In this document: piece after piece, positions 54,572 through 64,000 of the stretch | Numbering within the stretch: position 1 is the first letter of the stretch | Layout of the letters: every line of letters starts with the position of its first letter | NCBI GenBank assembly: GCA_037379345.1 | Contig: CM074517.1 | Coordinates: 42,388,500 to 42,452,499, forward strand | Source: Perna viridis | Taxonomy: Eukaryota | Direction: 5' to 3' | DNA: 64,000 bases | Notes under the pieces: model-generated | The model's input: the letters and a program-made list of their open reading frames with translations, nothing else | Told to the model about the DNA's origin: nothing | Database searches by the model: none | Made by a program: the position numbers and the translations under genes

Positions 54572-54797
54572 GGTGATTGTCAAAAAGACAACATATACAT
54601 ATACCATCATTGGATTTATCCATTTTTTTAAAGATATAATAGAGTGTCAATTATCCTCACACCATACATACCAATCTCTTTATTGTTGACCTGCACTTCT
54701 TTCATCAGATTTTGGTCTTGGTAAGCGCAATGCAGTTGTACCATCTTTTAAGGATTAAGTTCAACTTTGATAGACGGGTTTTAGCAATTTGAAATAG

Positions 54798-54809
54798 CAA
54801 GATGGCGGC
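54798..54809 (+). promoter_or_regulatory. YY1 consensus overlapping the ANAPC2 start codon
   Basis: CAAGATGGCGGC, a perfect YY1-type motif containing the ATG at 54802. Confidence 0.5.
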
Positions 54810-57800
54810 AAATGTTGAACTTGTGAATCGAGCTTGGACAGTTATTACCGAAACGTTGACACCAGGAATCAAAAAGGTAAAATAATTGGTATTGTCCTTT
54901 GAATCAGTAGTAAGACACATTCTATTCCCAATGACTTTATTAATCTTGATACTTTACTATTTTTTTGCGTTAAAAAATGATTGTACTATCGAATTATCTC
55001 CCTTGTGGAACCAAATGAAGGAAAACAATTTTTAGGCAAATAGCTTCGCATATTCATAAACTGATGTATAAATTCATACATTATTTTTTCATACGATTAA
55101 TTAACTGCAGCAAATTTTCATTGGTCTTTCAGAAAGTTGGTTTCTCATGACTTAAAAGCTAGTCTGTTCAAAAATGTTTAGCAATCGAGTTTTACAGCTT
55201 GTTTTATGGTATGTGTTTTGTCCATCATTGAAAACCATATTGTGACCTGTAGTAGTTTAATTGTTTGTTGCTTGGATGATAGTCTCATTGGCAATCACAC
55301 CACATCTCCTATTTTTATATTTAGCTACTGTTTAAACTAATCTGAACCCCCAAATTCAACGATTTTCAATAGACCATTTTGTGCTTAATTTCTGACCAGG
55401 CTCAGGTTATGTTTTTATGAGGTAGGTTAATGTTTTCCTGTTAAAGAAATGTTGAAACCTGCTGGGAAACATGTCAGAGTTCTAAAGGGACAGTGTAGCA
55501 TAATTTACCTTGTGGAAGTGCAAACTTAGTCTGCTCAGAAAATTAGTATCAAAGGGTCTAAGTACTTCCGCATGTCATATTATTAAAACTGTTTTCAGAA
55601 TGTTCAGCCTTACATAAGCTCTGAAGTTGAATTTCAAAATGCTGTTGAAATTCTTTGCAAACAAGAACTGGGTCACATCATTGAAGAATGGTTTCTAGAA
55701 ACATTACAGGAAGATCTGCGACAGAAAGTTGGACCAGAGTTTTGGGGCTGTTTCAAAGAAGAATATACATATGCTGACAAGCTTGTGAAAGCTGTAGAAT
55801 ACTTACATAATGTGACAATGGATTATCTCCCTTGTATTCAAAGACTTGAATCCACCACTCAAATAAAAAAATGGAGGAAATCATCCACACTCTTCAACAC
55901 ATCTTCTCTTAATGAATGTTTTATTCTCCTTATGAAATCAACATTATTTTCCCTGTTCCCAAAGTCTTTCCAAGCAGTGGTGAACAAATTTTATTCGGAT
56001 GCTTTTAGAGTTTTTCATCATACAACAACAGACATTGACCAAGGTACATGGGTAGCTTAATATAAAGTTCATTGTACGGCAAAACCTACACTTATTTCCA
56101 GTAGAAAAAGCCTACATAGCTATACAAATTGCAGAATCTTCCAGACATGCCTGAATAATTGTAAAAAAGATATGATTTTTTTTTAAAACTATAGTAATGA
56201 TTGTATGTTTCTCAAATGCAGTTTTTTTTTATTTGAAAGCAAATGATGTTTTCTTTTTCCAAGTGAAGGGACTTAAACAATGTACATTTAAGGAAGTCAT
56301 GTGCTTATGTAATAGATACTAGTTTGACATATTACTTTAAGTGGTACAAATTAAAAACTTTTTATTAAAATCGAATGCATAAATTTGAAACCTCAAACAT
56401 AAATGGCTAGCAGAAATTTTAAAAAAATTTCTATCACTTAGTAATTTTTTAAGACTAACAGTAAATACGTATGTGTAAGTAAAGTTGAAAGTGATTTGTA
56501 TTTTTTTTGCATGTTTTAATTAAAATTTATTTTATTTTACATATGTATGCTCTTGTCTCTATTATAGAAAATGAAGATGAAGAAGAAACCATGTGTAAAG
56601 GCTGTGATCAGGTGTCAGAAAGCTGTGTCTGTCAACAAATCATGTCAGATTTCCATAACATCAACAGAAAATTGTAAGTTACCTGTAAATCTGTGCTGAT
56701 AATGCAGTTAATGCATTTAGTAATAAAATTTTAAAAAAAATGAAAAATCAGAAAACAAAAACAAACATGACAAAAGTGTGCCTCTGCCAAAAAACTATAT
56801 TGAAATCTCTCAAAATTAATTTGATTTATAGTAACATACATGTATGGATGGATGGAAATGCAGACTGTGATATATAATATAATATGTCAATCAAAAGACA
56901 GGCATATATAAAGCTTGATATAATTTTTCTGGTCAAAAATACTTTCCTCTGTAGTTAAAAGGATTGAAGCCATCTGATCAACCAGTAAATCTTGATAATA
57001 AACAATGTAAAAAAATTGAGAAATATAAAATGACAGAAAACTGTTGGCAAAAGTATAACCTCCTCTGGGTGGTTATCTTTAAAAAGTGCCATTCATATTT
57101 TAATCACTTGTTGAGAATGGGTGAAAGCTTTACATGACACTTTTTCATATTTCAGAGATGATATAGGTATTTTGGAGAGAGTGTCAGGTACAGCTGTTAC
57201 AAATATTGTCCACGAAAGAATAAAAACATATGTAGAGAATTCTTGTAAAGGCAACTTTGAAACGTCATACATAGAAATTTTAGAAACAGTAAGTTTTTAA
57301 TCTGGTATCATGCTAGTCAACAGTTTTAAAATTTAATGCCAAACCATACATATAGAAAGAGTAGTTTCTGTTTTAGCAGAATTTGAAATTCAATGTCATC
57401 CTGTTTTCAAAAATCAAGTGATGTCCATCCAGATGATTTTTTTCCTCTAAAATACAAATTGTACTGCATTTTTCTATTGAGAGCCTCACTGTGTTGGCTT
57501 TTGAGCAAGTTTCCTGCCCTGATGTTTGTAGTATGAATATGTTTTATTTATCAAGATCATGTGTGTAAAGTGGTCTCCATCGGAGATCTTTTTATTTATA
57601 ACAAAGTGGGATTTTGAGTTGTATGTTTCATGATGACGTAAACGTGACAAGATTCTTCCAATTGCTTAAAAATGAAGACTTGCTATTGTTGAAAGATTGG
57701 ATGTTGAGAAGAAATGTATGTTTCTTTATTTCAGTGGCTAGAAACCAAAGTGATTGGATGGTTACGTTTGATTTACTCTGGCAACAGAACACATATATAC

Positions 57801-60800
57801 TCAGACTGTATAGATGGTTTTAAGGGGAGATTACTTCATTTTTTGTACGAGTCCTTTGCTAATATACAGATTGACCAGTTGTTTAACATCATAATAGAAT
57901 TTCCAGAGTCTGAGCCTGCAATATTGGATCTGAAGTTTTGTCTTGAGAAGACAGATCTTAGAACTAGACTTGTAATGTCTCTAAAATCTGCATTGGAAAC
58001 AAGATTATTACATCCAGGTATCTAGTATTAATGAATGTCAAATTTTTGTAGCAGTTTGAATTGAAATTCAATGCTAAGTTAGATAAGCTTAGAAAAGATT
58101 TTTTATATTAAAAATGTCACAGACCTTTAGATACTTTAATAGATATTGTCTATCTGTCTGGCAGAATATGTATGTTAAAAGAATAGGGAATTACCTGCAT
58201 AATATTGAAAACTATTGAAAGTATCAATTTAAAGACCAACCTGTTTTATTATACAGAATTCTTCACTTAGACAGGTATCTATGTCATTTATGAATATTTT
58301 ATTTTTGTAGGTGTGAATACTTCGGACATCCTGACTGCTTACATTGCTGCAATTAGAGCATTGAGAGTTTTAGATCCAGCTGGAGTCATTTTAGAGTTGG
58401 TGTGTCACCCAGTTAGGAAATACCTCAGGTAATCCTTGAACTAAGCTGTGTCTTTTTGCTTAATTGATTTATCAAATTTGCAAATCACTCACAATCCTGG
58501 ATCGGAAAATTGAGGGTCTTGGCCCTCGTATCAACCTATTTTGAATCTCTGAATTTGTAGTTCAGTAATAGAGCAAGAGAAATGCCTTATCAGTTGTCCC
58601 ATGCAGGACCAGGTGTTAAAAGAATAGGCCTGCAGCAGCATTAAGCTCGGGGTAAAAGGCGACTAAATAGTGATCAGAACCGTTACTGTGGGCTAGGGTG
58701 CTCTGCCCGCAGAGCAACTGGGGTGTGTGCCCCAGGTGGTGGAATGGGGTACCCCTCGCATGTTGGGATGATCTGGCCATAATATGGAAAACCTGACCAC
58801 AAACCATAGTGGTGCAACATGTTGGGAAAGATGCCACGTTCCCCGCAGGTTAAGGAACCCTTCTGTGGTATTCTATCAGAGTAGGAACCATTGGGCTCAG
58901 CCACAGGAGGCTAAATTGCCCCGCCCTACTCACCTTTCCCTATTTCCAGTGGCAATCAAAATTTGTTGACCTTATTATCCTTGTGCTCCATCCCATTTTT
59001 CGTTTCATCATCGTCATTTCATATTCATCGCCTGAATATTGCTGCTCTGGTGTTGAACCCCAACAATCAATCAATGAACATGTTTTAGTTCAGAATTTTT
59101 TTTCTAGTTCTTGCAGGAGTTATTTACTGTCTGAATTCTTTAAGGGATGAAGAGCAATAACAAAATTACAGAAATTTAAGAAAAGTCAATATGGAAAATC
59201 CCTGTTTTACAAATGACAATATTGATACAGGCATGGTGTGTTAAACCAGGTTTTATAGGGTGCAAAACTTCATGCTTTAATTATGGTTAATTGGTTCTGG
59301 TATGTTGCAATACAAGAAGCCAGCACAAAATTGTCATAAAGCAAAGTAAATAAAACTAGTAGCCAAAACAGTACTGAAGGTATATTTAGGATATTTTATA
59401 GCAATTTGTATTTTTTTTTGAAGACCTTAAATTTGCAGGTTAATAAAATTTACTAAACTGGCATACAAGAATGTGACTTTTATATTATGATACATTAACA
59501 GTTGCTAAATTATGCTTCTGTAGATCGAGAGATGACACAGTACGATGTATTGTATCAAACTTAACAGATGATGGGAGTAGTGAACTGTTAGATGAACTGA
59601 TTAAAGGACAACCTCTACTGTTAGATGAATCAGGTCATAGCGACAATGAGGATGATGATTGGGAGAAATGGATGCCTGATCCTGTTGATGCTGATCCATG
59701 TAAGTTTGTAATATGAACTACAGCTCAGATTTGGGGTTTTCCCCACAAGTTATAAAATTTATGAGCTTTTTATTTCATGCTTCTTGTTGAATTAGTTTTA
59801 TGATTTTAAGAATTTCTTTTTTAAATCTTCTAATCTGAATTTCACTGTTCCATTTCTTTTTTTTTTTAACTCCTGTAAGTCTGCTTCCCATTTAGCTGAT
59901 TGCCTCTTTGTGGCTTCTTAAAATTGTGTCTCTAGTTTACATTTAAAATTACTTAACCAGTTCTGCTCACTTAATATGACAAATGTGGTACATAACCATG
60001 AGCTTTCAGGGTTCTCAATAAGTGCCGGTGACTGGCGATTTTGCCGTCTACTTTGATATTGGCGCCAGCTATTTTGTTGCTAAAAAAATTAAATTGAAAT
60101 AAAAAATGTTTCGTTATTTCACATTTCATACATAAAAATTTGTGTCAGAAACCTTCGATCGTGGTGTTAATTGTAATGTAGATTAGTTTCCTTGATAACT
60201 TAATTTTGTTTTATCGTGGTTGGTAGTACGAATAAACTAACTTTAATTGTGGTTAATTCGGTGCTTTTGTTGTAATGGACATGATCTGTTATATTTTTTA
60301 AACGCAGTACTGATTCCGTATCACGGATTCCGTATGTGGGAAGGTTTAGAATCAATTCAGTGCTCGGTTCAGGACTGAGAGGGCCCTCAATGGTGCCACC
60401 TACTTTTAATTTTCTTCCACCTATTTTAAAACTTATTGAGAACCCTGAGCTTTGTGAAATTTATTCATTGTTTATAGTGTATTGGCATAACTTCAATCTC
60501 TGGGTTTCTGAACCATGTAAAAATCTCTGTATTATTACAGCTACAACATCTAAGAGTCGAAGAGCTTCGGATATTATCAGTATGCTGGTCAACATCTATG
60601 GAAGCAAGGAACTATTTGTGAATGAATATAGGACATTACTTGCAGACAGAATTCTAACTCAGTTTAATTTTGAAATTGAAAAAGAGATCCGTTATTTAGA
60701 ATTGTTGAAACTAAGGTTTGGGGAAACTCAGCTGCATTACTGTGAAGTGATGTTAAAAGATGTTGCAGATTCTAAAAGGTTGAATTCTAGAGTAACAGAG

Positions 60801-63722
60801 GCCAGGAACAAAACTGGAGAAAGAGGGGTAATGTTTGAATTTATGTTTTGGTCCTCAGAATCTATCATCTCTAATAGGTGCATAGCCCCTTTAATTGAAA
60901 TTGCATAAAACAAAAAAACAAAAACAAAACAAAACAAATAGTCTTTCATCATGTCCATAATCAGGGATGTACAACAGCACATTTTAAATGTTCATACTAC
61001 AGCTATTTAGCTGTTTAAACAAAATGTAAAATATCCATGTTAAACTATACAGGTATATTATCCATTTTCAGGAAAAACCTTTTCCATAAAGAAAACCCAA
61101 CTGAATAGATAGGTGTTTTTATGTACCTTTTTTTGTGCGGTTTATTATTTGTATTTTTTTCCCATCCAAATGCAGAAGAGAACATAATACCAGTGTCAAT
61201 GCGTGTATGTGTAGGTCCATCACACTTGACTTTGTGGAATCAACACCTTGGAAATGCTTAATACATTTTTTTTCAGTTTTATAGAATTGTAGTCACCAAT
61301 TGTGTTTGACCATATTGTGCCACCATTTTGACTTGACAAATTTGCAGAAGTTATTGCCCTTCGGGGAATTTGTGTGTGTTACACTAAAGGAACACTTTCT
61401 TGGACCCAACCTCAGAAACTGCTCAACAGATTTTGTTCAAATATTGTAGGATTATTAGTCACTGCATGTAGTTAGTCATATTGTTTCACCATCTTGATTT
61501 GACAAATTGGACTTTGTTTAATTTGAACCTGCTACACTATAGTAAACTTTGGAAACCCCTCAATTGATGTTGTTCAAAATTTGTAGAATTGTTAGTCACC
61601 ATACATTACATGTAGTTGATCATTTTTCAGCACCATTTTTATTCATCAAATTTTACTGGAGTTATGGGACTTTGTTGAAACAAAATGTAAAATATCCATG
61701 TTAAACTATACAGGTATATTAACCATTTTCAGGAAAAACCTTTTCCATAAAGAAAACCCAACTGAATAGATAGGTGTTTTTATGTACCTTTTTTGTGCAG
61801 TTTATTATTTGTATTTTTTCCATGTACATTTTTTTTACATGTAGTTGATCATTTTTCAGCACCATTTTTATTCATCAAATTTTACTGGAGTTATGGGACT
61901 TTGTTGAAAATGAACATGCTACACTATAGGAACATGTAATTGATCATATGGCATGATTTTGATTTTACAAACTTTACAGGAGTTATAAAACTTTTGTGCT
62001 TCAACTTTTTTTATGGCCGCAGAGGACATATGGCTAAGTGTAGCAATCTCATTTAATAAGTAGTATTGATACCAAAGGTGAAAACATCGGGAACTCATCT
62101 GAATGAGAATAATTAAAATCTCCCTGATATACATGTACATGCCAAAATCTATATCATTTATATCAACCCAAAAGTTTAGGGTTGATATGTCATGTGATGC
62201 AGATTTTGACATACCATGTTCATTATATTATATATTTCAAATGTGTAACAAGTAAAGTGCAATAAAAAGTATGCAATCTATGTTTAGGGGTGTGATGTAG
62301 GGTATGCCATATAAGTCTAGGGTGTGATATAAGGTGTGTGATATAGGTCTAGAGATGTGATATATGGTATGTGATATAGTGTAAACAATATAGGTTTAAA
62401 CAATCACTTATAATGCATATAAAAAATTATGTATATTATAATTTATACTGTTAACATTGTATTTGAGGAAACTCAATAGCTATCAGCATTATCAGCAAGC
62501 TTTTATTGCTCCCTAAAACTAAGTCTTTTCTTTAAACCTACATTTATAGTACATGTACATCCTGAATGAATCACAAAATCTGAAAAAAGACATTGAAGTT
62601 TCTGACATGGGAATAAAGATAAATTAGATGAACTCATCTTTATATACTTAGCAAGTTCCTCTGGCATGTTTTGGTAGTTAAACCCATATACATGTAGAGG
62701 CCATTGATTGTAACAACAATTTCATTAAGAATAATTGTAATGTCAAACGTACAAAGAAGTTTTTATCAACGCATTGTTCATTGGCTTTTCAGGAGATAGA
62801 TGTAAATGCTATGGTATTGTCAGCTCAGTTTTGGCCAGCTTTTAGAGAGGAAAAGATAACATTACCAGAAATTATGCAAGAATCGCTGAAAGAATACACA
62901 AAAAAATTTGAGGCTCTAAAGGGAAACCGAACATTGAATTGGAGGCCACATTTAGGTACTGTAAATTGTATCATGTAGACATGATACAATTAACAGGATT
63001 TTTTATCTATATTTTTAGTTTAGTTAGCTGATAGTTCTTAGATGTGCCTTGTTTTCTTTTAGTACAGGAATCTTTAAGCATCAGGCAAAATTGAAAAAAA
63101 AGAATCATGCTCAGAAAAAACTCCATCTAATTTGACAATTTGAACACATAGTTTATGGTCTGTTGAAGACAAATTGTTAATTCATTTCTCTTGCTAAAGT
63201 TCACATGTTGAAAATGTTAATTTTTTCAAGTGGAGAAATAATTTAAACCATTCATTACTGAAAGAGAAACTATACATTCACGAAAATAAGTTGGTTTATA
63301 GTCACATGTCATATGTGAAGTTTATGTCTTTAGAGAATATTGTATATGATTTTATATTTGTCATTCTAATTTTACGGACTTGGTCAGTATTGATATAGAA
63401 CTGAAGGATAGAACCTTATCCTTCAATGTGTCACCAGTCCTTATCATTCTTATTTTACAGGCTTGGTCAGTATTGATATAGAACTGAAGGATCAAACCTT
63501 ATCCTTCAATGTGTCACCAGTCTTTATCATTCTTATTTTACAGACTTGGTCAGTATTGATATAGAGTTGAAGGATCGAACCTTATCCTTCAATGTGTCAC
63601 CAGTCCTTATCATTCTTATTTTACAGGTTTGGTCAGTATTGATATAGATCTGAAGGATCGAACCTTATCCTTCAATGTGTCACCAGTCCTTGCTGCTATT
63701 ATAATGCAGTTTCAAAAACAAG
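54802..63722 (+). CDS. ANAPC2: Anaphase-promoting complex subunit 2 (cullin-like), exons 1-10; 3' end beyond window
   Basis: GT-AG exons with consistent phases: 54802-54876, 55599-56043, 56568-56673, 57156-57288, 57735-58017, 58311-58428, 59524-59699, 60541-60827, 62793-62955, 63627-63722. Diagnostic APC2 peptides: LFNIIIEFPESEPAILDLKFCL, LETRLLHPGVNTSDIL, WMPDPVDADP, DIISMLVNIYGSKELFVNEYRTLLADR, ELLKLRFGE, CEVMLKDVADSKR, LSAQFWP, KGNRTLNWRPHLGLV. Confidence 0.96.
55215..55320 (+). mobile_element. Short fragment of the same abundant repeat family as 18643 and 29745
   Basis: GTCTCATTGGCAATCACACCACATCTCCTATTTTTATA is near-identical to 30026-30060. Confidence 0.65.
58590..59075 (+). mobile_element. 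GC-rich SINE-like retroposon with (CAAT)n tail in ANAPC2 intron 6
   Basis: Abrupt GC rise, internal hairpins, and a 3' end GGTGTTGAACCCCAA-CAAT-CAAT-CAAT typical of LINE-mobilised SINE tails. No clear tRNA head. Confidence 0.65.
60007..60447. mobile_element. MITE, 441 bp, 17-bp perfect TIRs, 6-bp TSD
   Basis: TIR CAGGGTTCTCAATAAGT at 60007-60023 and its reverse complement at 60431-60447. AGCTTT duplicated at 60001-60006 and 60448-60453. Confidence 0.92.
61017..61909. repeat. Recent X...Y-X-Y complex duplication within an older ~160-bp tandem-repeat element
   Basis: 61017-61165 is near-identical to 61678-61823, and 61606-61680 is identical to 61835-61909. Diverged ~160-bp units span 61230-62000. 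Confidence 0.85.
62285..62380. repeat. Degenerate minisatellite (GGTGTGATATA-like units)
   Basis: Several TGTGATATA/GGGTGTGAT units in tandem. Confidence 0.7.
63361..63691 (+). repeat. 83-bp tandem repeat x4 spanning the ANAPC2 intron 9 acceptor and the first ~65 nt of exon 10
   Basis: Acceptor-equivalent positions at 63377 (CGG), 63460 (CAG), 63543 (CAG) and 63626 (CAG), exactly 83 bp apart. The fourth unit continues into the unique exon end. Confidence 0.95.
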
Positions 63723-64000
63723 GTAGATATAAAAAAAAGTGCAGCTTGTTCTTAAAACTATGCAGTTGATGATAAACATCGTCTGTGCACTTAGCCACTA
63801 TTAGTTAAACCTTGAGCCCTGGCTTGTATTCTATTAGCCTGTACGAACCAACTTAATCTCATTTTTCTCCCAGTTCGTCTGGTTTGTTGACTTAAGACAA
63901 ACCACTGGGTATGACTCAATAATGGAACAGGAATCTGTGGTTCAAGTGGTACAAAGTGTATAAAGGAAAGTACTCCAAAGACTAATCAAGGAAACCAAGG

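Noticed and set aside
58018-58310. U12-type intron (donor GTATCT)
   Set aside because: Lacks the full GTATCCTT donor and a TCCTTAAC branch site near the acceptor.
60336-60540. N-terminal part of the 190-aa ORF as ANAPC2 coding sequence
   Set aside because: Derived from a MITE and intron; the real exon starts at 60541 after TTACAG.
63361-63691. CRISPR-like array or mutually exclusive exon cluster
   Set aside because: Units have no unique spacers and this is eukaryotic DNA. Copies 1-3 lack the exon 3' end and its donor, so they cannot be complete alternative exons.

Overview
AT-rich, intron-rich animal DNA. The repeat families resemble those of a bivalve mollusc, probably Mytilus-like (inference from pattern recognition, not a search). 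There are three protein genes. (1) The last two coding exons and long 3'UTR of KANSL1 (+, 951-1964). (2) A complete outer-arm axonemal dynein beta heavy chain (DNAH9/11/17 co-ortholog) on the - strand, 49265->8214, which I assembled by hand into 50 GT-AG exons with consistent phases (13,398 nt, 4,465 aa). (3) The first 10 exons of ANAPC2 (+, from 54802, running off the window), head-to-head with the dynein. Introns and the spacer hold MITEs, SINEs and decayed LINE/Penelope fragments. The most unusual observations are: an 83-bp x4 tandem array duplicating the ANAPC2 exon-10 splice acceptor, where only the most distal acceptor gives intact protein; a 426-bp tRNA-Leu-derived Pol III-like cassette bounded by 16-bp direct repeats inside a TA/TATC microsatellite; and a cluster of RFX X-box-like palindromes in dynein intron 4. 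No CRISPR array, rRNA or intact tRNA was seen.
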